Notes under the pieces: model-generated
Database searches by the model: none
What the model was told of the DNA's origin: nothing
Seen by the model: only the letters and a program-made list of their open reading frames with translations
Part shown: positions 1 to 13,423 of the stretch, one piece after another
Layout of the letters: every line of letters starts with the position of its first letter
How positions within the stretch are numbered: position 1 is the first letter of the stretch
Translations under genes and position numbers: made by a program
Assembly: GCA_022813865.1 (NCBI GenBank)
Contig: JALDZX010000011.1
Span: 186,001 to 250,000 of the forward strand
Source of the DNA: Xylographa opegraphella
Taxonomy: Eukaryota
DNA length: 64,000 nucleotides
Reading direction: 5' to 3'

Positions 1-50
1 AGGGTTTGTTCTTGATCCGGACGTAGCCAAATGGATAGTCCGAACAACTC

Positions 51-1226
51 TTAATTTTTACGAACGACCTTGACTCCGCTACTAGGGACTTGTCGCGCGA
101 TCTCCTCGAAATCGTCCAGGTCATCGTCATCGTCATCTCCTGCATTATCCGCTTGCGTTCGCGTCTCATTTGCCTTTGCTTCCTCTTCTAAAGCCTTTCT
201 TTCCATCTCATCAAACTCTTCTTTCCTATCTATCCACCGCTCTTGCACGTCTTGCGCCGTCATTGAGCTCATACCTTCTCTTATCGCAACCTGCCACACT
301 GTATCGTTTGCGCCTTCGGCTCCCCCAAATGCGTATCCGCCTGCACGATCAATGGCTTGCAGGAGGTTCATCATACTCCTCTTGTCCTCCACGGCGAGAG
401 TTTCAAAGCTGACAAGCCCGAAGTCTTCTATCAGTTCGACAATTGCTCTGTTCAGACCTTCAAACTTGGAGTTCCCCATGACCGAGGACTCCTGAGCCAT
501 TTGCGGTAACAGATATGAGAGATCTTGGACTTCGGTATAGAAGTCAAGATTGAATGGTAAGGGAGAGTATAATGAGAGATTGTCGATCTTCGTAAGAACA
601 TTCAGATGAGGTAGGTCCATCTGCAACATAGATCGTAGTGAAAGCAGGAGCGTGGAGATGTAGAGAGAAGGCAGTGTCAGTATGTACGAATCTGTCAGAT
701 GAAGGGCGACTAGCTAAAGAGGACAAGAATCAGTACAGTTTCATGGCAGGAGTCGGAATGAAGGGTGGGAGCAGACTCTATACCCCAGCTTCTGTATTCG
801 GAAAAATATGTTTCGTAACGAGGTATGGTGCGTAAATAGCTCGACCTGCCCGGGACAGTCAAACAGCACATAGTCCTCTGCCATATCCACGTATCAGTCC
901 AGAGTATCGAGTCGTGCCCTGCTCTTGTCGACCCTACCTCCCAAGCCCTTGAGGCCCTGCTCTAACCATTCCCAGTTGTGCTCCAGCTCCTCGAGAGCAT
1001 ATAGCACAGCGCCATTTGGACCCAGTTGATCATCCTCCATGATCTCCTCGAGCTTTACCAGATCTCGAACATCCAGGGCGCACGGACACGATGTATGGTC
1101 ATTGGCGGGATCAAGGTTGACGACTGAGCACTTACGGCCTATAGCCGACATGAACTGATGCATGCCATTGCAGAAAGTAGACTTGCCCGACCCAGGCGGT
1201 CCGATGACAAGCTGCGCGAATGGCAT
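51..1226 (-). CDS. GPN2: GPN-loop GTPase 2 (RNA polymerase II/III assembly)
   Basis: Exons 1226-938, 877-777, 713-51 with GT-AG introns. P-loop GPPGSGKST, VNLDPAND, GPNGA loop, LFDCPGQVELF, LNVLTKID. N-terminus MPFAQLVIGPPG and tail IDRAGGYAFG fit the GPN2 subfamily. Confidence 0.93.
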
Positions 1227-2284
1227 TTGGAACGCAGTCGCTGAAAGCCTCGAAGATCAAAATTGCATAGGTAGATCAGGGATTCTGATTAGGGTTAGTG
1301 GATCCAGATATCACATGCAAACAGTCCAAACACATCTACGTTCCTAAAGTAAGGCAGCCTCACAGATGATGTTTCCCTCCGTATTATATGCCTATATAGA
1401 TCCACAACTGAAAGCGTTTAGAAACTGCTGATTCTGTCGATCATCTGATCGATATGATGTAGCGACATGCTTTACATCTTTACGATACAAAGTCTTCGTC
1501 ATACTTTTTCGCCTGCTTATATCTCTTCTCCCAACAATGAAATCACATAGAAGACTTTGATTCGTGGATATGGCGCATAATAACTAGACTATCGCCGGTT
1601 AATCGATAATGGAAGACAGAGAGTTCCAAACGCTTTGCTTCTTATATTCTGCTCCCTGCAAAGCGGCCTGGACCAACCCAGTATTGCAACTCTGGGCTCT
1701 GTACGAAAATATCTGCTGTTATATTGATACTACTGGATCTGCGCCTCGTGTACATGTTCTGCTGCATAGATATACAGGACCTAATTCAAACAGCCCCGAT
1801 TGCTTTCACGAGGATTGTGTAAATGGGACTATCCTCGATCAGCCAAGGCTAAGCACGGCATAAATATTTTGTAGACAGGTGTGCGAATTATCCAGATAGA
1901 CTTCATAGTGGTCAGTCAAGAGCGGGAAATATAACAATGTGAGGACAATTGTCGAATCATGGCGGGTATTATATCTGACATTAAATAAGCTCGTCAGCTT
2001 CGCCATATCGATAGCTATGATTCCGATGATCGACGAGTGCTATTGCTTATTGTAAACTACCGTCATCCTTGAGCGCGGCATAGCATTCAAATCTTCCGCA
2101 AAACATAGTGTGGATACAACCTTCAAAGTAGCCATCTAGCCGACGATACGTCTCACTTGTTGCACCGACGATCATACTTGCAAGTCTCGAATGATTTGGT
2201 AGAAATTTCTGAAGAAGAAAAGATACCGTACAGCTTCAGGATCGACGATGCCGCAGCCACATCGGAGATCCACAAGATAGGTAT

Positions 2285-3665
2285 CTACTCAGCGGTTCCA
2301 TGACTTGTTTCGCCGCCTTCCAGGTTGGAAGGTCCGGCTTCATCACTGGGCTCCAGAAGCTGTTCAGCAGCCATCTGAACGACATCAATCACAGGCTCGC
2401 CCTGAGCATTCTGTACCCCCAGGTAGTATCTAAACAGGTGCCACGTATATTGATTGAAGCTGTCTTGATCAGGCACCGGCGATGGGTCACACTTTTGTTC
2501 AAACACTATCACAGTCAGCGGAAAAGCTCCGTGAGCACTACAAGCGTCCCCACTCACTCGCTACGTAGAGCTGATACAAGGCCGAAGATCTCTCCTTTTC
2601 GGCTTGTGGAAGCAGCAATAGCTCGTTCCAATTGGGTAATCTAGGACTGGGGCTGACGTAGATCGTTTCTTCGGTTCCGAGCTTGACGCTGATGAAACCT
2701 CGGAGGATGGTGTAGGACCGATACTCCACGGTACGGCGCTCGTAGGCGTAATAGAAAGTCTGGAAGAACCTGTTCCATATCGGACACTGGCTACCCTCGT
2801 TATGGACTGCCAATTCGAAAAAGCTTGGACATAGAATCAAGGCTGCCGAATTGGCTGGGTGATATGCGGCAATCAGAGGGTCTTTTTGGCAGACATCATA
2901 GTACTCACTGGCGACGCCATAGTCTTGGAGCATAGTCGAGGTAGCACAGACAGCTACACGCGGGGACATTATACTCCCAGACGTGGCAAGTGGTACGTTG
3001 ATGATTGAACCACTTTGAAAGGTACTCAGTATGTCCAAAAGGGCTGCAACATCTCCAATTCCATTGCCGAACGGCAATATAGCATCGAGCCGGGTGAAGG
3101 GAGCCGCGCTCGCTCCGTGTGCATGAATATCCAAGTAAGTATTCAGAATCGAACTGGCAACCATTGTAGCAGCTCCGAGAGCCATCTGGACCTGTGCATT
3201 TCGGGTGCCACAGAGAATGTGGTAAGGGCTGTCGCCATGCTGGTTTTGATGCCAGGATGTATCTACTCGAGCATGGTAGATGTTTCTGCTGATTCCCTGT
3301 GCATCGCCAAATAGACCTGCGAAGATCCTGGAGCCTGTCGGACTCACTAGGGAGCCTTGATTGACCGGGGCATTTGGAACACCTGGTCCACCAACCGGAC
3401 CACCGACAGGCTGGTCAGGCGATGTTGGGTGAGTCGCGCTGGCAGGTGGATCCTGAGCAGCAGGCGCAGAGGTGGATCCGTCGGGAGGATGCGTAGAACC
3501 GGGTTGAGCTGTAGACGGGTCATCACCACTAGTTTCTAGAACATCTGTCGACGGCCTGAGACATGATGTGCCACACCCTGGTGAGGCAACAACGTGAAAA
3601 CGCGATAAGGCCTGTAACAGTAATGGCACTGCGACTGTTGCTATTAGATTCGTATGAAGCATCAT
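2285..3665 (-). CDS. Secreted protein with Pro/Ser/Thr-rich linker and a degenerate M35 (deuterolysin/aspzincin)-like domain
   Basis: Exons 3665-2558 and 2505-2285 (intron GTGAGT...CTGAC...TAG) join in frame. Hydrophobic N-terminus; AAY...LILCPSFF...C motif; YTILRGFIS where M35 has TLLHELTH; SSALYQLYVA where M35 has NADSYxxYA. Confidence 0.6.
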
Positions 3666-4479
3666 AGTAGCACAGGACTATCATCCACAGAACAACACAG
3701 ATCACAACGGCCTTGCGACTATATACTCAGTCGAAGGGCCAACATGGCTGATGCGCAAAATCATGTTTCAGAAGCCTAGAAATGAAAATTGACATATCGT
3801 TCTTTTCAAAGAGTTGAATTGCTCATTTTGCATGTTGAGATGTATGGCTGGCAAAGCGATGCCACTATGAAAAAACCACTTTCTAGATGCTAATAGGACA
3901 TTGCGGGACGTGGTGCATTGCGCATATACCTGGTGTGAAATACACAGCCGAAACGAAAAGCGAGCTGTCACCTCGCGAGCCAACGATCAGAGATTTCGCT
4001 ATGAAAGCTTGGCAGACCTCTGTCATTGCGAGTGCAAAACTTGGACATTGTCAAAGGAATGAATGAGGTGTTGTCGAAGGAGAACACTCCGGACCTCCAA
4101 TTGTTGGCTGACCCCATGGACATTCGGGGACTCAGCGAATTATGTGCAAACAGTGCAACTACTCGTTCAGCACAAAATGCAATACAATCTATACAAGTGT
4201 GGGTACTGATCGGGTATCAAGTATGGGTAATCATCACAATCTGAAGGATGATTGACCATTTGGAAATGCCAGGTGAACATCGCTAACGAGCGTCTCCACT
4301 TCATCCTGGGGGAGCGTCTCCAACCTGGGCCGTCCTTCCTCCTGTATCTGAGCCTTCTTTAAAGTCCGCTTCTGCTTTTGCGAACTTTCCCGCCATCTTG
4401 TTCCTCTTCTGTCTCTCTCGTCTTTTCTATTTCTGCGACATGGATGCCTCAGCAACTGCTTCCTCCAACCCGTGGGGTC

Positions 4480-6321
4480 GAAATGACCCATAGCAATTTT
4501 CGAAACTAAACCTCTCACCAACCCACATCTCATAGGCTATTAACGCAATTTCCTTCACATCAGCACAGAGTTTTGTCTTAGTGTGTCCATAGGCGCCCCC
4601 AGAGAACTGGAAAAGCCGTGACTGTGAGCTCGATAATGAGACCCCAAGTGATGTCTTGGAAGCTGGTTGCAGTGATAGCGAATATGATTCCCAGTGCCTC
4701 GAACAGGCGTAGTACTTAAGTTTCAGCTGCCGAATATTCTTCTCTGTGATGGAACGCTAGTGCAAGAATAAGTAGCGGATAGGCCATTACAATCCGTGGC
4801 GGCTGTGGATGATCACTGCCGTAGGTATTCTCCAAAGTGGTCAGCTTACTCGTAAACGTGCGTACATTTGCAGCGCTAGCATCCATCAGCAGTCGGCCTA
4901 GCAGTGTCTCTATCTCCTTGAGAATCCTAGTTCGAGGCTTGAGCACGTTCCTTGGGACGGACTTCTCCATCCGACAAAGACGCAGTTACACACAAAATTC
5001 CAGTATTTGTGTTAACATTGACGTGAACCTGCGTCATCTTTTGGGCATGTCCAGGATATTCGAAGACAATACCAAAGGCTTTTCAACAAATCAAGAGCTC
5101 ACCTGCCCCAACAGCTTTCGTGAGGAATGGACCTCTGCCACGATCTTTCGTTTCCCGTATCGGAACTGGCCCAAGGCACGTGGCATGCTCAAGGAGAGGC
5201 TTCTGTTTCGTAACGGCACAAGCCATTTCCTGAAAGTCGTAACTACCGTACTCCTCCTCCTGCAGCCTCTGCTCTACTGCCATGATACCTTTCGAGGCCA
5301 GTTTCATCGCTTCTCCGCCAGGTCCTTCTTGCTCAGCAGTAAGCAGAAGTATTGTTCTAAGATGAACCAGGGATTCTTGGAAGCGCTGTAATAAGTACAC
5401 AGCTCGTGCCGCTCGACAAGGGAAATCTAATGTGTTTTGTAGGATATGTGATCACGGTTTTTATCCTCCAACACGAATTGTGCATCTTCAAGAGCAGCAT
5501 CTAGGCAGCCAGTCTGGAGGTAGGCTTCACATCGATTGCATCGGATTATACAAACCCGACGTTGACTCTCACTTTCGTCATGACAGGCTTGCAGGGCCAT
5601 GCAGTACCTAGTATCAACGTGTTAGCTTCCGTTATAACAAAGCATTGTAGATGAAAGTATACCTGCTTATCGCAAGGTAACTTTCCCGTGTTCGAAAGCC
5701 TCGTTACCCTCCTGTCTCCAAGCCTCAGCCGTCTTCTCGAGTTCTATAACTTGAGGGAACCAGTTTAATGGACCTCTCTCATCATATGTGAAAAGGATTT
5801 CAATGTCTGAAGGATGGTCGACGCGAATGCTATATCCGCCGTCGGCATTTATTTTGTATTATGGCTCCTTGATTAAAAGAACCTGATTCTTCGGTAGGAT
5901 TGTGCCAGGGGGCCTAAGTCTGTCTTGCTCATACATAGTTAACCTCGCAGCATCTCCATGTTCGTCCTCGACGATAGTATGTAGGGCGGTCAATCGGTAG
6001 GATTGTGAGATCGCTCAGAGTAATATGTAGAATCCACGGTGATGTGTTTCCAGCTGTAGTTCTTTAAGCTTGATAGGTTCCAGACGGTCTATTGCTTCTA
6101 TGGACGGTGGATAGGCTGGTTCAGTTATGGTTTGATGAATTGTCGTTCTGTATTAGGATTGCATTGTCAAAGAATATGTCGTGTCATCTGAGCAATGCCG
6201 TGCGGGATTTGATATCGCTAGTACGCTCTCCCGTACGCTTAGAAGCATTTGCACGAATCTCTTTTTGTCCATTCAACAATTGTATCCACCTATCTTCATG
6301 TGAGACATCGATAAGGTTCAT
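4480..6321 (-). pseudogene. TPR + SET domain protein pseudogene
   Basis: Family motifs PAYPPS...LQLETHHRGFYILL*, IVEDEHG, LIKEP*YK...DGGYSIRVDHPSD; TPR AEAWRQEGNEAF...CNRCEAYLQTG...ALEDA; SET start GRGPFLTKAVGAGELLIC. In-frame stops at 6015-6017 and 5859-5861, frameshifts, and no visible SET core. 3' end approximate. Confidence 0.8.
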
Positions 6322-7619
6322 GATGGTTGATCAGTATTGGAAGACTTCTCACAGCGAAGAAGTGATCATCAGTGGTAGTACGTTAGAGCGGATTTCCTCA
6401 CGATGTACCTCAAAAGCGGTCCCCCTGATTTGAATCCCTCAGACACCAAGTGTTTCAGTGGAAGGATACACGGTGTGGCACATGTCAGTCTGGCGATGAA
6501 TCTCAAGATTGTTTGACTTGTGATAGAGTATTTATGGCGTTGGTAAACAAAGCACTGGGCTGGAAATTTTAAGAACAAATAATAGAATCGATAAGTGATA
6601 GAAAAGGTGGCGTCGCTCGGTTTGCCACAGGTATCAGTCCCTGTGAACTATCACAAAGGCCTGGCATCGAGACGACCAAAAGTGAGCATACCGCAAACAA
6701 ATCTACCATGTAGTTCGTTCTGGAGCAGCCTACAGCTTTCCACCACCACCCAGATATAGATGGGTCGTTCTTGGCGATGCCTCTCCATGTTATCTCGCTA
6801 GATAAGCAAGATCTATTGGATCTATTGCCCTTGATCTGGCACGTTGCTATGGGGCGACACGGTCCGTTCAACATCAATCATACCAATAAAGTATATAGCT
6901 CTTATATGATCCACAATAAATTATGCGAATATCTGAATCCCATGTACGCAAAAGTTTTGTGACGACCCATACTGAGAAATGGCATGATGAATTAATGAAA
7001 GTCTAGCTTGATTGGAAAACAAAAAACAACCAATACAATCCAGTCAGGCACTGTTATAATAGTACGGAAACACCACTTCTTTGTATATTATATTCGTCTG
7101 TTGTTCGTACATGTTGTATGCCTGCTCGAATACGATAGGTAAAGTTCCCCAGCTTCCAAGCTAGGGTTGTTCCTTAGAAGACAGATCATCGATTATAAGG
7201 TGTTGAAATAGAGGATTGAGAAGGTTGTGACACTGGGTAACCAGCGTAGCCTCAACCAAAAGCGGATACAGCATACAGAAACCTTAAGCCACATGTAAGA
7301 TAGGCGCACATACTATAGATAGATACGATAGCGAGCAACCGGGCGACCATAACAAAGTATTCGGTCTGCAAGCCAGGCACTGAGGGTGATCAAGCAGCGT
7401 CTTGTGTGGACAGTGCAAGCTCGTTTATTCTTACCTTTTTTCGAGTTGCCTCGTTATCGGGCAAGGTAAGACTAGGATAGACTAGGACTAGCTAAGGTAT
7501 ACTAGCTTCAAAGGACTTAGGGAGTACGGACCAAACAGTTCAAACAGATCTTCAATTTTATCAAAATACAAAAATAAACACGCTCTTTAGAAGGTAGAGC
7601 GGTGTACTGACATTCCAGC

Positions 7620-8801
7620 ATGGCTACACGTAAGAGAATACTTACAATGCAGGAAATATCGCATAAGCTGATCAGATCTAGCGCAATTTGAGCTCTCTGA
7701 TCCTCCCAGCGACGCCATCTCTGCCATTAAGTTCGCCCCGACGTCACTCCGCCTACTTGTAGCTTCATGGGACAAGAATGTCTATCTCTACGAGCTCAGC
7801 GGTGCAAGCGGACGACTACTGCAGACCTTTGAGCACCGGGCGCCTGTCCTAGATGTCTGTTGGGGCGAGAATGAAGAGGAGGCTTTTAGCGTGGGGCTCG
7901 ATTGGGACGTCAGAAAGTATAGCACCCGTCTGGTTCCGATATATCCTCTAAGGTTCTACAAGCAGATTGCTGATCGGATATATTCAGAATTGATCTCCAA
8001 AGTCACGCCCAAAGCGTCCTCTCGTCCCACACGGCAGGCGCCAAATCTCTTGCCTACAGTTCCCCACACAAACTCCTCATCTCCGCATCCTGGGATTCCA
8101 CATTGCACATCCACCATACAGACGACTTAACCCTCGTCCCTAGCATTATCCCCCTCCCCTCCAAACCCTTCTCTATCTCGCTCTCACCAACTAAACTTGT
8201 CGTCGCCATGGCCTCCCGTGCTGTACACATCTATGACCTCAAATCGCTGGCTGTTCTCTCGTCTCAGAACGGAGCTACATCTGCAGAAAGCCCTGGTAAC
8301 GTATTGGAGCTAGATCCGTGGCAGCGTAGGGAGAGCAGCCTCAAATTCATGACGCGTGCAGTTGCCTGCATGCCCAATGACTCCGGCTACGCGTCATCGA
8401 GCATTGAAGGCCGTGTTGCCGTCGAGTGGTTCGACCCGTCGACCGAGTCGCAGAAGCGCAAGTACGCGTTCAAGTGCCATCGGCAGACCTCGCCGGAAGG
8501 CGTGGACGTCATCTACCCCGTCAACGCCCTCGCCTTCCATCCTGTTCACGGGACCTTTGCGTCTGGTGGTGGCGACGGCTTTGTAGCACTGTGGGATGGC
8601 GTGGCGAAGAGGAGGATCAGGCAGTATCAACGATATCCGGCCAGTGTGGCGGCGCTCACGTTTTCTACTGACGGGAAGTTCTTGGCCGTGGCCGTAAGTC
8701 CCGGTTTCGAAGATGGGAAAGAGGAGCTAGGCGACGGGATCGTCAAGGTCTTCGTGCGGGAGCTGGGTGAAGGCGAGGCGAAAGGTAAAGGAGCCAAATA
8801 A
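7620..8801 (+). CDS. BUB3: Spindle checkpoint WD40 protein Bub3
   Basis: Exons 7620-7629, 7682-7916, 7988-8801. PPSDAISAIKF, LLVASWDK, QRRESSLKFMTR, SSIEGRVAVEWFD, KYAFKCHR, YPVNALAFHP, ASGGGDG. Confidence 0.93.
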
Positions 8802-9566
8802 TAAGCAGGAAATCCGGGGCGAACTGCAAGCCGGAGCTTGTTCTCACCTTACTACACCATGTGAGCTACACAGTGATATCCAGGACGGGCTCGAGTGCAT
8901 GAAGCTGCCTTTGGGCCGCTTCTCGATGAGCGCTCTGGCTCGAGGTTCATTCATTCCGCACATGGCCAGACACGAAAGTTGGAAAAGTCAAACCATTCCG
9001 GCCGTTCGAAAGCTGTGACTTCGGGTAACTCAACCTGAAGTTGATGGAACGAGGGCTCCAACTTACCCAAAAAGTGATCATTACAGACTCATGGCCGACA
9101 GACACCGCGAAAAGCGTTGATCCTCTGGGCTCAAGTTGATTTATGGACGAGAAGGGAACGTCTCCAAACCGATGATCGTTTGAAGAGCCTGCGCATGAGA
9201 GGAAGCGTTTTCAATACGGTGTCGCTAGTGTGTCCATAGCTGATCACAATGGTCGTTCTAAGAAGAAATTACTATTCGGCTATGAAGCCATCTCTAAATC
9301 AAGTATTACTCCATCTAAATTCAGATTCCTTCGAAGCCTCATCTCTTATTAAGTATATTCATGCGCATACAAAAATGCTCAATCCAAGCAATCTCATCTC
9401 TCTGGTTATGCATAACACGTTCGACCTTGTCGACCGCAAACATCCAAATGACAGCCAGCCGCCGCTTCGCAGCTATGCACGACTTGGGACCCCGTATGTA
9501 CATCTCCTATTTCCAGAAAGCACGCATTCCACAGACAAAGCTTGCACAACCTCATTGGCAGAGCCA

Positions 9567-11127
9567 TCAGAGCTTCCACGCCATCAATAATGCCAGCAAG
9601 CTCCAGCCCAACCAACCTCCCACGGCCATCGTTGCCCCAGCGCTCTTCGTAGCCGATGGCGTCGCCGCACTCCCCGTCGTATTAGAGCTCCCGCTCGGCG
9701 TCGTCCCGGTTGTGTTTTGCCCGCTGGGCGTATTGCTCTGATCATTCGGTATCGGCTTGATGGCCAGCCCCTGCAGCTGTACACCATTACTGTCAAAGAC
9801 CGGCATCGGTACGCTCAGCTGCGAGACCGGCACTAGCTGACCGTTTGTGATGTTTGTGACACCGTTGTCGATCAGGCTCTGACCACCCGGCGGGACGGGC
9901 GGGATGGTAAAGTTGTTGGAGACGCCAGAGTCGCCGATGAGGCTGCTCTGGCATGTGGCCGGTGTAACAGCAGTGGCAGTGGCGTTGGAGGACTCGAGCA
10001 AGGAGATGTTAAGCAGGTTGAGCTGCGCCTGCAGGTTGTCGTAGTCGACGCGGAGCTGGGCGGAACCGTTGGCAGAGATGTTGACGAGCCCGAAGTTGTT
10101 GCTGCCTTCGGTGTACTCGTACGCGAGCCCGCCGCTGAAGACGCCGGTCATGGGCGGGGAGAAGAGGGCGGCGGTATCGTCCCAGACGCGAGGTTCAACT
10201 TTGTTGCAGCCATACTCGGAGAAGAAGACGGGAACGGTGGTGTTGGCGAAGTCAGAGATCAAGATGTTATAACCGGCCTGATCGAAGCTGGTGGCAGGTG
10301 GGGCGCCACAAAATGAATATGAGTTAAGGCCGAAAAAGTCGATGCGGGAGGGGTCGGTCGCACTGCCGTTAAGGGCACATTGCATGTAGCTGGACGAGTC
10401 GACGAGAAAAGGTCTCACGTCCGCGGCGGAGTACCCAACAGGAATGGTGCGGTTGGAGTGATTGGAGATGTAATTCTTCAGATCGCGGGTTATGGCACGA
10501 AGGTATGGAGGGTCGAGGGCGGCGGATGGGGAGTCATTGATATCTTCGTTGCCAGCGACAAATCCGAGAGTATTGGGATAGTCTTTGAACGCTTGAACTA
10601 TGCCGAAAATACGCTCTAGATAGGTAGCGTCGTATGAACTTCCAGGATCGCCGGCATTCAAGCTCTCGTTCGGTAAGGGTGAGTTGACGTCTATAAACAT
10701 GTATATGCCGACATCGTTGAATATGCTAACGCACATATCATGGTTGATTGAGGGGCTAAGGTTGTAGACACGGATGGTGTTGAGACCAAGTTTCTGCATC
10801 AAAGCGGCATCGCGTAAGCAGGTCGTACCATTGCTGAGCGGATCAACTCCGGTTTGTGGCATGTACCCTGCGGAACCACCCGGCTGATAGCTACCAGAAC
10901 CATCAGCATTAACGTAAAGATCCGGAGCTGTGGCAGTCATACGCTACGCCAATGACTTGGAAACGTTGGTTGGTGACCGAATTAACGAACTCGGAGCCCT
11001 GGACCTCAATCGGTTGCACGGCAAATACAATAGAGACCCATAGTGCAAATAGGACAACAATAATCTTCAGTGAGCGAAATCAGCTGATGAACTGGACACC
11101 ATACATTATCAGACTCACATTATTCAT
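9567..11127 (-). CDS. GPI-anchored beta-1,3-glucanosyltransferase, GH72 (Gas/Gel family, no CBM43)
   Basis: Exons 11127-11119, 11064-10943, 10890-9567. Signal peptide, FQVIGVAYQPGG, NTIRVY, GNE and FSEYGCN catalytic Glu motifs, SGGLAYEY, Ser/Thr-rich tail and hydrophobic GPI signal. Confidence 0.93.
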
Positions 11128-11642
11128 TATAAAAGAGTATAGAAGAGTTAGCAGTGGCAAAAATGGCCAGAACTTCGACTACTCTGTAATGTCTATGTCA
11201 TTGAGTACCTAGGAAATGTTCCGACTGAGTGAACGAATGAAAGCTCGGGAATACCAGGCTGGAGATATTCAACCAGAGCGAGCCAAGGCACCTCTTTGGG
11301 TTGTATTGGATGAAGTATTTACAGAGTCAGGAATAGCAGCAGAGTAAGAAGAAAGACGCTTTGGGTGCAATTTGATAGCGACTAGCTTATCATACCCTAG
11401 TCCTATCGGGACTTCGGCCACATTGACCCGAGCGTGCCGAGATCCGCACTAGAGGAAACAAAACGTTAGACCGCTTATTAGCAGCATCCACTACAAAAGG
11501 CATCAGCCAACGACGACACCGTCTATGAAAAATCGTGATACTGCCTTGCACGGCTGATTCGCTATTATAATGTTCAACAGCCACATAACCTACGCTTTGC
11601 GTCCAGCTTTGATATCTCCAGACTGCATCTTCCTCTTTCCCT

Positions 11643-12675
11643 TTATTGTTGAATACAACTAGGTATTGCATGCCCAGCATTCAACTCCTCGCTAACCATT
11701 CGAGCTGCACAATCGAGCCAGTCGATTTGTATGGGTACGGTATCGATTGTGATAGGAGTTGTTGCAGGAACACCATTGATGATTTCAATGTCAGCCAGCA
11801 AAATTGCGATCGCAATGGCCCAGCGGTCAAACATCGGTGGTATTACAGCCACAGTGCTCTGCGCGTTCGAACCCACGGCTAGTGGTGGTATGCCATGCCG
11901 TGGTGAGCCTTGTCTTAGAAGAAGTATAGATGCACAAAACGCCGTGATGCTCGTTGCCGGTGCCGGACCAGGTCGGGATATGGTGATCCACCAAGCAATG
12001 TCCTCAAAATCATGGGGCTCGTCGGCTATGGTGATCACAGATCAGATTCACGGGAGTGCCAGTGTTCCTGGGTGAACTCACATAGCAGTAACCCAATCCC
12101 CCCCTCCCCACGACGTATACACTGAGACATTTCTCGAGCAACGGCGTTTATGTCGCGATAAGAAACCTGGACAGGTCTCCGACAATTCATTACAATCACG
12201 CACCCAGCTAGACGGCATGTCAGACAACGGCTCTGCAGCTAGGAAAGGCACAGCTGCGACATACCTTCGATCCACTAAATCATACATAGTTAGCTACAAT
12301 ATATACAGTCCGATGGTTAACCTTGGCACGAGAATCGAGAAGTCTGGAAGGCATGAAGGGCAACTCCATTTTCCTTCACCGCCTTTGATATGCTGCCGGA
12401 TACCAATTCGAAATCTCAAAGGGATCACAAACCTCCTTGCCACACTGCTGCTCGACAAAAGGTTGGGTAGCATCGATACCCCACTGTACTGGAATATCAT
12501 ACCGATTACGACCATCATTCAAGATCCTGCCCATCGCAATTTCATAACCTGTCTCGGAAACTGGGCCGTAAAGCGGAGAGCACAAATACGTAGGGTTGAC
12601 TCCATCGGCAAGAGTGCAGCCTAATATTGTTATAATAAGTATAGCAGCGAGAACAATACCCGCGTTTGGTTGCAT
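11643..12675 (-). pseudogene. Possible small secreted Cys-containing protein gene, apparently decayed
   Basis: ATG followed by a signal-peptide-like stretch (GIVLAAILIITILGCTLA) and YLCSPLYGP. Frame closes at 12376; downstream protein-like fragments to 11643 do not join cleanly. Confidence 0.3.
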
Positions 12676-13423
12676 AGTAACGAATATCTCGGCTACCACC
12701 GTCAGCTAATATTTTGAAAGTCAAGACGCAATAGGGAGTGGTTATAGAAAGCTAAGGGACAACATCGCTATAATAACCAAGAACATATAATAACCAAGAA
12801 CAGACGTGCGAGTCTGCCGACGAACTCTTGCTAAGACTGACATGTAGCTATGAAAGAAGGACCACGTTGACAGTCTTCCACAGTGTCGGTGGCCGGAGCA
12901 ACTGCCGCAAAGCGACAGGATCACGACTGGGTCCCGGTAAGGTTGGAAGCCAGTGGGTAGTGAACACGTTTCTCCTAGATTCCAGCTATCAGAGCATTAT
13001 AGAAAGATCAAGTGCCGCTGGCAAACACTTTGGTAGCCTCAACGCAATAAGCAGACTCATGAACAGGATAGTGCTCTCGCCGTAAATGGCTCGCGAAATC
13101 TAGTCGCGCCGACTCGTGCGCGTATACTGACCAAAATTGGTGACTGCGCAATCGCTTCTTGAACAACATAATCATAATACTAGACTCTGCAGCCGTTAGG
13201 ATAAGAGTGAGCAAGGAGGAGTCGTGATAAGAGCTCGCAAATAATATGCAAGATTATTCTAGGATAACTATCCTGTTTAGGCGACAGCGGCATACGTACA
13301 AGCTACCCCACAGTGTACATAACGTACCTCATGGTAAACTAATTATTGTAGTGTAAGCTTCAACACAGGTGATGGGAGGCGATTTTGTAATCTAATACTC
13401 TTCCCGCCGCCTCTTTCTCGAAA

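Noticed and set aside
70..495. Antisense ORFs over GPN2 and the other real genes
   Set aside because: Shadows of coding-strand codon bias.
1289..1298. TTAGGGTTAG telomere-like motif upstream of GPN2 (similar fragments near 42637 and 42760)
   Set aside because: Under two units; expected by chance; no telomeric array.
1900..2280. Protein-like fragments on the plus strand (RQLRHIDSYDSDDRRVLLLIV...)
   Set aside because: Broken by stops and no recognisable family.
11860..11885. GTGGGTTCGAAC (minus strand) and other GTTCGA hits as tRNA candidates
   Set aside because: No T-stem pairing or cloverleaf.
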